64,000 bases of DNA. Origin: Haplodiscus bocki (lineage: Eukaryota). The notes below the pieces were generated by a model that worked only from the letters and a program-made list of their open reading frames with translations, did no database searches and was not told the origin of the DNA. Positions 35,301 through 47,035 of this stretch are shown piece by piece (position 1 is the stretch's first letter; every line of letters begins with the position of its first letter). The translations under genes and the position numbers were made by a program. Location: NCBI GenBank assembly GCA_965655095.1, contig OZ296650.1, positions 47,182,001 through 47,246,000 of the forward strand. Direction: 5' to 3'.

Positions 35301-36118
35301 GTTCAACTTGCGATGTTAGCAATATGATATCGGACCCCGTTTATTTGAAGCCCCTTTTCATTGTCAAATGAAAACATATTGGACCCCTCGTCCAATATCT
35401 GAGGAATATCATTAGGTTCAATATTATTAGGAGTATACAGTACTGTTAGCAAATATTCTGACTCTTGGGAAAATAGATTCGGACAGAAATTTATAGAGCT
35501 TCCAATCTTCTAAATGGGCATTGTTTGAAAAAAGCAGTGCGGAAAAAAGTTAGGTAAAACTTTACGTAGATTTTAATCCTTTTTGTTTCAAATTTGTGGA
35601 ACCAAGTTATATTTTTATCAATTTTTCTCCGGCATATTACTATTTTTGAAGAGGCAGTGAGGGAGAGATAGAGAGACGGACAGACACACACGAGCACTTT
35701 ATTGTTACAAGTATTGTAGCAGTTGTTACAACATTGATTTGAAACAAATGCGATCAGAAGTAACAAAAAATTAGGAACTTCATGCAGTGTTCATCTATCA
35801 GTTTTTGATGCTTTAATATTTGCATTTTTTTCCGATTTTTGAATAATTGTGGAAAAAATGAATCATTGCAAACTGATGGATTTGAGGACAAATGAGTTTT
35901 TGATATTGTTGTTGGGCTTGGTCGGTTTGTTTCTGAGTTCACTCTGAGAATAATAGAGTTGGGAAAATTGAGTTTCTGGTATACATCAATGTGCTTTTTT
36001 TAAGAATTTGCGCAGCAATGTATTGTTCTGATCTATATTTGATTACTTTAAGAGCTGTTGGCATGGAGTGAGTTTTTCCTGATTTCATCTAGTTTAATTC
36101 AAGCTTTTTAAAACACAA

Positions 36119-36610
36119 AAAAGACGGCCAGCTACCACCAACATATTTTCCCCCTACCATTTTGCTAAAGATGCATTTTTAAAAGATGAAAGCGTTGCGT
36201 TGTTCTTCAAAATGCTCTTTCTTCATAATAATTTCTAATTTTACCAATTTTGAAAATTTTCTGCTTTTTCGTTGAAAAAACTCAGAATTAAGGAAGAAAA
36301 GACATTTTAAAAATAATACCATTTGATACGCATTCTACAAAAAGTTTGCCAAATTTGGCGATTTTGGAAAAGTCAAGCTTTTTTTCGAAAAAACCCATCA
36401 TTTTTTCAAAGAGCCCAAGTTTCGTTCGTTTTGAAAAACCTTAGTATTTCAGTCTTATTTTACAGCAAATTTCCTACAATTTAGTTTTGAAAATTTTCAT
36501 GGTCAGAAAGTGTCCCAATATCGGATGTTATCAATTGGCAAACATTGAGCAAAAAATGTTCGCGTTGAGCTGATGATTTTCCTCCCAATTTATAAATATG
36601 GCGAAAAATA
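36119..36610 (-). mobile_element. Non-autonomous ~500-bp element, copy 2 (inverted relative to copy 1)
   Basis: AAGACGGCCAGCTACCACCAACATATTTT, ATAATACCATTTGATACGCATTCTAC and TCAATTGGCAAA...ATATGGCG match the reverse complement of 31790-32310. Confidence 0.7.
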
Positions 36611-37530
36611 TTGAATTTTAGCTGAATTTTCAAAAAATGTAATTCACGGACGTCACAAATTGTGAGCTCCAGCTTCGCACTAAGATTGAGACAGCATCAC
36701 AGCCCATAAACAGCTAAATTAGGTTTTTTTCAACTGTTGTGAAAAATATTCTCAAATGAGCGAAAAAAAGACCCATTCATAAAAACATGGTTCTAAAATT
36801 CCAAACTTAATAAAAATTTAACCCGAAGGTGGTTATAATGCTGGACCATAAAAATGGCGCAAGTATAAAAGACCGCCGGTAAATGCTTCCGCAGGCAAAA
36901 TTACCTGAGCGTACATGTAAAATGTTCTGAGGGTATTGTGGGACCCTAATTTCACATATCTTCTGCAAACTGCAAACGCCTGGTCATGTCATCCATTGTT
37001 TCTAGTTGGCTCTTGAGTTAATTATGACTAAAAGAGCCACTACATTAGTAGTTAGTGTTTTTTGAAATGACAAAGCTCACGCTGTAAACAACGTTTTTAA
37101 AAACTTTGCTAACCCACCACATTTTAACCCCCTCTGCCTACTGAATAAGTACCATACACATTTTCAACAGTAGAACGTTCCAATCACCTGCAGAAAAGCT
37201 TATACGAAAAGTAAAAATCTTCCGCAAAAGCAGAAATCAAAACTGCGATATAGTTCGATCAAAACTTTTCGGGATAGTAAATCCCGAAAACACTTTCAGT
37301 GATACCCCCCTATGGCTAATCCAGTACTTTTCAAGAAAAAAATACCATAGTTTTGAGTGAACCCACCTTTGTTTACTGTGTTTAAAAATTTCGATAGGCA
37401 TTGCTTATAACAAAATTTTTCTGAAAAAAGTTTTCGAACTTCTAATAGACTGCAGTAAAAGTATTTTGAGCCGTCGGGGAGGCGCTGACCTGGCCGGTTA
37501 CATGTCATTCCATCGTACGCCGTTTCAACT

Positions 37531-39277
37531 CGATGTGAAAATTAGGTGGGTCCAGAACGAAGTGCGAAGAAAAAAAGTCTCCCAAAAAGAAATATCAGGC
37601 TAAACGAGTTCGATTTCTAACTTTATCGCAAAAGAATTTAATCGAAAGCGATTCCAACACATTAAAATTTCAATGTTTCGTACATTAGCTCGTCTGCAGA
37701 TAAAAAACGATCCACGTGATACAGGAGGAGTTCAAACAGGAACAGGTCAAACTAAAACTTTAGGCAATCCAATTCAATGCCATTTAGCAGCTATAGAGAT
37801 CATTACTTCTCCAAGCGCAAGAAAAGACTCGTACCTTGACATCACAACGTAGCTGCGTCACTTACGAACACATGGCTCCCTGTACAAGTAAAGTGCACAA
37901 AACCTAACGTCAGTGGATTTCACATATCTACACATATAAAGTCCGAAAAAAATGGACATGATCCGGTTTTGAAAGTATCTTCACCTTCAGCTTCGATATT
38001 GATGAGACCCCTGATATTTCTGAAACAATTGTTATTGTAAAATAAAACATTGATGGAGGAAATCAAGAGCGTGGTTTGGGAGCAAAAATCATCCTGAACA
38101 TCAACAAAAGTCAAGATATTCATTTTTTGGCATCCTCAGGCTGACGGGTCTTTATTACAAGGAATACCACGGGCAATATCTCCATCTAGTAACTTGAAAA
38201 AACATTTGAAAAAACGAGAGACCGATTGAGAATAGACAACCAGCTGGTAGTTTTTGGAAAAAAATGCTTGCAACCCCGTGGAACATCATTACAAAATCCC
38301 CATTTCTTGGCCATTTTAGTTCATCAATTTTCTCAGGCGACGCCAAAAAAGTTGAGGCATATACTTGAGTAGTGTACGAGAAAAAAACTCGATTTAGACT
38401 GCGGCACCGGAAAAATATTCGCTACTGAGGAAGAAAGACTTCAAAGAATAATATCGAGAAAAATGACCATTTCCACTTTCTGGCCCATTAGTTTGCCGAT
38501 GCCACGCTCAAAATCTAAGGTAAAGTAGCTGAATAACCTAAATAGTTTTTTAAAAACAGAATGTTGTCGAAAGACACCTCGATAAAAGAAAACTAACGGG
38601 TAGTTCTCGAGAACAAAGAAATTCGAGAAAAATCAGTTGGGTTTTTCACTTTCTACGCGAAAAGTGCTCATTTTGCAGGGAAAAGAGCAAAAACTCCAGG
38701 AAAGTCAAGAAAGCAGTAAGAGAATCGAAAGGACCAAATAGTTCTGTATTTGTAACGTACAGGATAAAAACAGGTTATGTACATGGCCCTGACACAACAG
38801 TAGCGGACATGCAACTTCCGAAGGCATGAAACTTCAGTAAACTTGTAACTGTATCAAATGCAGTGAGGCCAGCATCAAGCCAAGACTAGTGCGGCAGTTG
38901 TGTCCGATTCAGCCAGGTGCCTTCCGGAAAAAAATCAGCGTTCAACCTATAATATCCTTCGCCTCCAAAAATAAAAACAGGAGTAATGCTGGAACTTTCA
39001 AAGTTGACTTAGAAGGGTTAATTGCGCCAGAGTTACGTTGCTTAAATAAGAAGATGATCACCAATTGCTTGAAATCTGTCTGCGAGTATAAGCTAGAATA
39101 GAGGTTGGGCATAACTGTTTCGCCGATTTAATTCGCATCACCGCTCGATGCATTTCAGTGACAGTGTATTATCAATCACTTTTTGTGAAAGGAGCCCCAA
39201 CTGATGCAACTGGGTCCTTTGAGGCTGCAGTATATAAACAAAAAATTCCCAAACTTGTCACTTCTTTATCCCCTTTG
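37531..39277. repeat. Segmental duplication copy A (~1.75 kb)
   Basis: Nearly identical to 40217-41963 at an offset of 2686. The ORF track repeats at the same offset. Confidence 0.97.
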
Positions 39278-40216
39278 AATATAATCAAGTACCAGCAAAA
39301 CAGACAAAAATAGCTCAAATTTCAAGTTTCTCGCTTAAAGCCTAACGCACAATCACCAAACAACTATTATTCACTCAGTCAAAAATTATTGTCTTCCAAG
39401 TATCTCATCACAAAACTTAGGCGATTTGGAGCCCTGCTTGTCAAGATGTATAATGCGCATCAAAAACGATTGAGCATTAACCGAAACGTCGAATCGACTG
39501 TATTTCATCGATTGAAGATTCTTTCAAATAAACACCTATTGAAAAACTTTTGGATCAAAACCAAAAATCAACAGGCCGAAGTTACAAATGAAGTATCGGC
39601 AAACTAGCCCAATGTAGCTCGAATTTCAAAATTCATTCACTACAAACTCATCCCAACTCTCCCAGACAACGACCAAAATTGATCAGTTCGTAGATCAATT
39701 TCTTCTTGTTACTTCTACGCACGAAAAACTGGTTCATTTGAAGGCTTAGGTAGGTATGCATAAGCCTACAAAAATCAACAAAAAAAGGTAAATGAGCTCG
39801 AATTTAAGAAAAAACAACCGAAACAAATTCGGACCGCAAGCAAAACTGAAAAACTAGTGCACAAAAGACTTTTCGTGGTTTCAAGGTAGTAACTAAAAAG
39901 GTTTGGAAAACCAGATATTAAAAGTTAGGACTTCAAAATGATTAAAATCCAATAAAAACAAAAAAAAGTTCGATTTTTATTGAAGTCCGATCGCAATCAA
40001 GGTTCACAACATCGTGAAGCGACGAATTTTCGCCACTTCCAACAAAAAAGTTTGCGTTTCAATGCCTTAATTCTACTTTAGATACGACTTTAAGCCGCGA
40101 TAAAACAGCGGAATCAGCTCGAGTTTCAATTTGATTCCGAATAAACCATTAGAACTCATTTTTGAGCCGCAATCACAGTTTAATAGATCGCGAAAAGCGT
40201 TACTTGCTTCCCACTA

Positions 40217-41963
40217 CGATGTGAAAATTAGGTGGGTCCAGAACGAAGTGCGAAGAAAAAAAGTCTCCCAAAAAGAAATATCAGGCTAAACGAGTTCGAT
40301 TTCTAACTTTATCGCAAAAGAATTTAATCGAAAGCGATTCCAACACATTAAAATTTCAATGTTTCGTACATTAGCTCGTCTGCAGATAAAAAACGATCCA
40401 CGTGATACAGGAGGAGTTCAAACAGGAACAGGTCAAACTAAAACTTTAGGCAATCCAATTCAATGCCATTTAGCAGCTATAGAGATCATTACTTCTCCAA
40501 GCGCAAGAAAAGACTCGTACCTTGACATCACAACGTAGCTGCGTCACTTACGAACACATGGCTCCCTGTACAAGTAAAGTGCACAAAACCTAACGTCAGT
40601 GGATTTCACATATCTACACATATAAAGTCCGAAAAAAATGGACATGATCCGGTTTTGAAAGTATCTTCACCTTCAGCTTCGATATTGATGAGACCCCTGA
40701 TATTTCTGAAACAATTGTTATTGTAAAATAAAACATTGATGGAGGAAATCAAGAGCGTGGTTTGGGAGCAAAAATCATCCTGAACATCAACAAAAGTCAA
40801 GATATTCATTTTTTGGCATCCTCAGGCTGACGGGTCTTTATTACAAGGAATACCACGGGCAATATCTCCATCTAGTAACTTGAAAAAACATTTGAAAAAA
40901 CGAGAGACCGATTGAGAATAGACAACCAGCTGGTAGTTTTTGGAAAAAAATGCTTGCAACCCCGTGGAACATCATTACAAAATCCCCATTTCTTGGCCAT
41001 TTTAGTTCATCAATTTTCTCAGGCGACGCCAAAAAAGTTGAGGCATATACTTGAGTAGTGTACGAGAAAAAAACTCGATTTAGACTTCGGCACAGGAAAA
41101 ATATTCGCTACTGAGGAAGAAAGACTTCAAAGAATAATATCGAGAAAAATGACCATTCCCACTTTCTGGCCCATTAGTTTGCCGATGCCACGCTCAAAAT
41201 CTAAGGTAAAGTAGCTGAATAACCTAAATAGTTTTTTAAAAACAGAATGTTGTCGAAAGACACCTCGATAAAAGAAAACTAACGGGTAGTTCTCGAGAAC
41301 AAAGAAATTCGAGAAAAATCAGTTGGGTTTTTCACTTTCTACGCGAAAAGTGCTCATTTTGCAGGGAAAAGAGCAAAAACTCCAGGAAAGTCAAGAAAGC
41401 AGTAAGAGAATCGAAAGGACCAAATAGTTCTGTATTTGTAACGTACAGGATAAAAACAGGTTATGTACATGGCCCTGACACAACAGTAGCGGACATGCAA
41501 CTTCCGAAGGCATGAAACTTCAGTAAACTTGTAACTGTATCAAATGCAGTGAGGCCAGCATCAAGCCAAGACTAGTGCGGCAGTTGTGTCCGATTCAGCC
41601 AGGTGCCTTCCGGAAAAAAATCAGCGTTCAACCTATAATATCCTTCGCCTCCAAAAATAAAAACAGGAGTAATGCTGGAACTTTCAAAGTTGACTTAGAA
41701 GGGTTAATTGCGCCAGAGTTACGTTGCTTAAATAAGAAGATGATCACCAATTGCTTGAAATCTGTCTGCGAGTATAAGCTAGAATAGAGGTTGGGCATAA
41801 CTGTTTCGCCGATTTAATTCGCATCACCGCTCGATGCATTTCAGTGACAGTGTATTATCAATCACTTTTTGTGAAAGGAGCCCCAACTGATGCAACTGGG
41901 TCCTTTGAGGCTGCAGTACATAAACACAAAATTCCTAAATTTGTCACTTCTTTATGCCCTTTG
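40217..41963. repeat. Segmental duplication copy B (~1.75 kb)
   Basis: Starts CGATGTGAAAATTAGG, as at 37531. Only a handful of substitutions. Ends in a 20-bp tandem TTTGTCACTTCTTTATGCCC x2. Confidence 0.97.
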
Positions 41964-42577
41964 TCACTTCTTTATGCCCTTCGTCACCTTAAGCTGTCTT
42001 TCATTTCCGAAACATCAATATCCTTCATGGAATTCCGCTGTTCAGTCGGAAGTCAAGTTTCCCAAAAACCAAACAGTTTCGAAGTATTATTTAAATTTGA
42101 GGTAATTGTCAAAATTGCTCCGGTAATCTTGATACGCTCTTTAATTCAATCGATTCTTTTGAGTGAAAAGAATTTTATTTTTTGTACTTCTGAATTCATG
42201 TAAAAACTGGCCTTCCTCTAGGTTTAACATAATATTGTTTTTTTTTCGGCGCAATTTATGTTCCAGTGCAGTGAATTTCCGCAAGAATGATGTTCAAATG
42301 TAAATAAAATTAAACACTGCATCAACGCATGAAGCCCAACAGGACGCTTCGGAGTGCTTGAGTGGAACAGGTGTGAGAGTAGTTGTTCCAGTTAAACACT
42401 CGAATGCAGGTATTTTTATGCTTAGTCTTACGTTCAGTGTTACTCATAGCTACCGTTGCGGTCTGGTTGGTTAGGAAATCTGTCTCACAGAAAATTTTCC
42501 ACAATCTTTCGTACGATTAAATTTTGTTCCAGCATACAGTGGTTGATCACTAAACCAAGTGTTTTCAACAACAGGGC

Positions 42578-42777
42578 NNNNNNNNNNNNNNNNNNNNNNN
42601 NNNNNNNNNNNNNNNNNNNNNNNNNNNNNNNNNNNNNNNNNNNNNNNNNNNNNNNNNNNNNNNNNNNNNNNNNNNNNNNNNNNNNNNNNNNNNNNNNNNN
42701 NNNNNNNNNNNNNNNNNNNNNNNNNNNNNNNNNNNNNNNNNNNNNNNNNNNNNNNNNNNNNNNNNNNNNNNNNNNNN
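42578..42777. other. Assembly gap (200 N)
   Basis: Run of N. Confidence 1.
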
Positions 42778-42978
42778 AATTTTACGAGATAATTCTAGTG
42801 TTACTCGGTTTTTGTTCTTTAGGGCGTTTCTTCGTACGACACTTTGCAACCTCGTCCGAAATTTGGAATTTTGGGCAACTTTTGGAAAAATGTATATTTC
42901 TTTCCACACGCACCAAAGCTGCGTGGGAGTACAGAAAAATTCGGACCGTCATAGTAGTGGTGCGAGCGCGCAAATCAG

Positions 42979-42980
<2 letters not shown>

Positions 42981-43058
<78 letters not shown>

Positions 43059-43065
43059 TATATAT
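42981..43065. repeat. (AT)n microsatellite
   Basis: About 42 AT units with one phase shift. Confidence 1.
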
Positions 43066-43069
43066 CGGA

Positions 43070-43270
43070 AGTACTATCCGCCCAGGCGGCTATACTTTAT
43101 AAACATTTTTTCCTCTTTTTTAGCAACAGCTGATGTTGAAATAAACCATCAAAAACGTCTACCATCACTGAGTGTATAAAAACTGCCTTTATAAGATCTT
43201 TATAATATCTATAATAAGATTCCGTTAACCTTTTGTTCGGATAAGCAGAACACGCAATTAATTTAGCTGC
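43070..43270 (-). pseudogene. Decayed LINE AP-endonuclease fragment (paralog of 46545-46720)
   Basis: Shares ATCCGAACAAAAGGT, CAGTGATGGTA..CGTTTTTG..G.TTTCAACATCA and GATA.TACTTC with the 46.6-kb fragment. Confidence 0.5.
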
Positions 43271-43719
43271 TAGTGATAGTTATCTTTGTCGGCAATGGTT
43301 AAGCATTGAAATCATCAGTTTTCACCATCAGCATTTTCGAGGATAATCAGGCTGTTTTTTTTCTAATATCAGAAATAAAGTGAGCACTAAACTGGAATGT
43401 GACAAGAATCTTTCGACTAGATATGACACCAATGTTGATTAGTAGTTTGATAGCATTACGTGATTGTCAATTGATCACTGAAAAGATCACTTATGTGTTT
43501 GGAAAGTTGACTTGCAATCAGAAAAGTTCACCCCTTCTCCATAAAATGAATTTATAACAAATAGGCTCTGCTTCATTGCTGCTATACTAGCCATAGCTAT
43601 CGAACCCCATTTGTGTCGAATAAAAATTTCGAAAAGAAAATATTCAATTCAGTAGTCGGCGTTTTATTCTTTTTCCTGATACTGCCCATGAAGCGCAGAG
43701 TTCAAGTCTGCAGAGTCAT

Positions 43720-43810
43720 TGGTGTCTTGCATAATGCAAATGTCGGCTGTCACCGCGGTTCGGAAGCCGAAGGTCGCGGGCTCGAAACCCGCTATCGACC
43801 ACATTTTTTC
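43720..43810 (+). other. tRNA-like sequence (tRNA-derived SINE head or tRNA pseudogene)
   Basis: T-arm GCGGG-CTCGAAA-CCCGC (43776-43792) preceded by AAGGTC and an anticodon-like stem CGGT..GCCG. D-arm and acceptor stem cannot be reconstructed. Confidence 0.45.
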
Positions 43811-44329
43811 TTCTTAGATACTCGTTAACACGTTCTTATTTTTTAAGAGCAAAAATTAGGGTTTTTTCGACAAAAATTCAGGGTTTTTTGGTAAGTGGGC
43901 TTTTTTTCTCAAAAATACCCCTTTTCAGATGTAACTGAAACAAATTGTTCTTTTTCAATATTTTTTTAAACATTTGAGAAAAACAGTTCAATTTTCCTGA
44001 AAAAACCCAAAAAAAATAGATCTGTTAAAGTTTAATTAAAAAATTGAATAATTCTACAAATTTTCCCAGTTTTTATGTAATAGTTTTTTCAAAATCCTCA
44101 CTTAATTAAAAGCAAATATATATAATTTTCTGACAATATGTCTGCTGCATCATATCGTTCTGTGATGTCGACAATAAGAAAATGCCAAAAACCCCCATTA
44201 GTACTGAATTTCCTTGACTTGGAAGTTCAATTCTCTGCAAAAATACAGGTATGAATCTGTATGAAATGTCGGTATCAGTCGGATGCGTTCCATTCATGAT
44301 GAACTGTTTTAATTGAGAAGTTTCGATTT

Positions 44330-45960
44330 TGTTCCTTGAGAATCCTAAGAGGAATAAAATTTTGAGAAGTGCAATTTATAATGACTTCTATCGACATTTA
44401 AAAAACAACTAGAAGCTTGATTTCCTCTATCAAATCGAAAACCTACCATTTGCGCAGGATTGTTCGATTTAAAAACCGATATTTCTAATGCCTCCATCAT
44501 TATCCCGATAGCCAGAAAATTCAAAAAGTGTTCAATATTGCTGATTTGTCTCGATTATCAAACTCACATTTCTCAGGTATGATTTCTCCAACCAAGTTCT
44601 CCAAGGAAAACTCTCCATTTAAGGAGTACGATTCAATTAACAAAGACTTTGTTTTGATCCATCAAGCGGATTCGTGACAGTCCAAATATTCCAAAAAATG
44701 CTATTTATTTTCATATCGATCGATACTTTTAAATCTCAGCCACTACAATTTCGATTTCTTTCATCAAGAGCTCAGTCGAACACACAGCACTTGCAGACGA
44801 CAAAAATCATGGTTTGCAGCAGAATCCTGATACTCCGGAAATTCCAGAGAAAACCTTTTAGTTTCGATTTTTTTTCCATAATCAGACTGATATTGCACCG
44901 AAACTACAAGCTTTATGTCTTCCATCAGGGTCGGCATCAAAAACTTTCTGGTTGTAGACAGTTTTCCGATGGGAAAATTTTTGATTTGTTTTTCTTGCAT
45001 CAGAGTCTTGACAGTCCGAAAAATCCAATAAGTGCTATTTTTACCCATTTCACTCAAAAATCAAAATTCTATTCTTCAGCCACTACCAGTTCGAACTTCT
45101 CCATCAAAAACCCAATCTAAAACAAAACACTTGTAGTGGAGAATTGAGATGAAAAACCGTTGGTTTTGTTAGCTGCATCAGAATACTGATGGTCCGAAAA
45201 TTCCAAAAAAAATCATACCATTAATTTTTCTCGTTATTCAAACTGATATTTCATCAAAAGTACAGGCTTTATCTTTTCTATCAGGGTCGGTATCGAAAAC
45301 TTTCCAGATGTAGAGAAGTTTTCGATTGCAGAATTGTTGATTTGTTTTCCTTGCATCAGAGTCTTGACAACCCGAAAATTCCAAAAAAATGCTATTTTTG
45401 ATAATTTCGCCCAAAATTCAAATTTGTATTCTTCAGCCGCTACAAGTTCCAATTCTTCCACAAAAGACTTAATGTAAAACATAACATTTGTAGAGGAATA
45501 ATGAGGTGGAAACCCGTTGATTTGGTACGTTGCATCAGAATGCTGATAGTCCGGAAAGTCCTCAAAAACTTCTTAATAATTTTCCCCGAAATTCAAACTC
45601 ATCCTTATTTGTCACCCATAACTACAGGCTTCATTTCTTCTATCAATGTCTCAATCAAAAAGTTTCCAGTTTTCGCGATGGATCGAAACATTTTCGATGG
45701 AAATTTTGTCGATTTTGTTCCTTGCATTGGAATATTGACAGTCCGATATTCCAAATAAAGCTATTTAGAATGTTTCTTGTCGATATTGAAACTCCTACTT
45801 CTCCAAAACTAGAGGCTTGGTATTTTGAATCTTGACCTCTGGCGAAAGCTTGAAACTTGTAGAGATCCATTGACGAATCAAATTATTTAATTTTTCATCG
45901 CATCAAATTCTTGATAGTCCGAAAGTCCCAAAATATTCTATTACTTTTCATTTATCTCGG
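44330..45960. repeat. Decayed tandem array, ~177-bp monomer, about 9 copies, with alternating A/B variants
   Basis: GCATCAGA.T..TGA.AGTCCGAAA.TCCA recurs at ~44495, 44660, 44816, 44997, 45174, 45353, 45532, 45724 and 45900. Confidence 0.85.
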
Positions 45961-46544
45961 CCTTCAAATACATTTTTGTCGGCAACTGCAGGCTTCTTTT
46001 TTTGCACCAAAAGTTTTTGTTTTTGGGGAATTGGAGGATAACAACTAATCTTTTTCATTCCTTGCGTTTCTTTCTTCAACTCTACCTATTTCATTTTTCT
46101 CATCAAGCTCGGTAACTTTATACCTGAAGCGGACTGTTCCTTTCTAAAAATCTTAAAATATGATCTGTACATCGGAATTGGAATTTTGGCAGCCCAGAAG
46201 TGTCAGAAGTGCTTTTAGCTCAGACATATCTCGAAGTTCTCAAAAACCACAGCTTTGAAATCTTACATCAAGTTCCGAAGTGACGCTTTCATACAACTAC
46301 TTGACTCACACTGAAAATCTCAGGATGTATTCCTTAGATTGGCTTGAAATCTTCCATCAAGATCTCCATCGACAACTTTTTTTTCTCAAAAATGGGCTTC
46401 TTTTTTAAAATCAATTGTTGTATGTTCAATCTATCAATTCTGTGCCGTCTTGACAGAAAATATCGCAGTGCGACTGCGCCTCTTGTTTCAACTCCCTTCA
46501 AACACCCATATATCACATTTTGTTGACCAGACCCCATAACTGAA

Positions 46545-47035
46545 GTATTATCTACCTTGGGCGGGTATGTTTTAATATTTTCTTCTTGATGTTGAAATCA
46601 CCCACCAAAAACGCATACCATCACTGAAGTTATAAAAGATTCCTTCAACAGGTACATCTAGCAACTTTTCGTTATACCTTTTGTTCGGATATTAGGCAGT
46701 ACACACAATTAAGTTGAACACTTTACCATGCTCCGGCGTTAAATTTATCCAAATACCTTCGAAGTAACTAGCACGCAGAAAATTTGAATCTTCCCATAGC
46801 TTTGGGTTGATTTTTTCGGAACAAACAAAATGCAGCAAACTCTTACAGGTTGCCCTCTGCAGTATTTGTTGCGGTCGCATCTATACATCTTAGGGTTTGA
46901 ATTTGGTAATTGAGAAAAATCATTATCACAACTTTCGTGTAGCCAACTTTCAGTGATTCCTACAATTATACTGGAATTCATTTTTCAGCTGTATTTCAGA
47001 TACTTCGAAAATAACTCTTACGAATTTGATATGGT
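46545..47035 (-). pseudogene. Decayed LINE AP-endonuclease fragment
   Basis: IVGITESWL, MYRCDR, ILFVPKK, FEGIWI, V.GDFNI. Confidence 0.75.

Noticed and set aside
37920-39101. Small ORFs repeated identically at +2686
   Set aside because: Their identity reflects the DNA duplication; no protein motif or coding signal.
42456-43102. ORFs crossing the N gap and the IYIYIY ORFs
   Set aside because: Artefacts of the gap and the (AT)n microsatellite.
43720-43810. Functional tRNA gene
   Set aside because: Only the T-arm is canonical (and it has CTCGA in place of TTCGA); acceptor and D stems do not pair.
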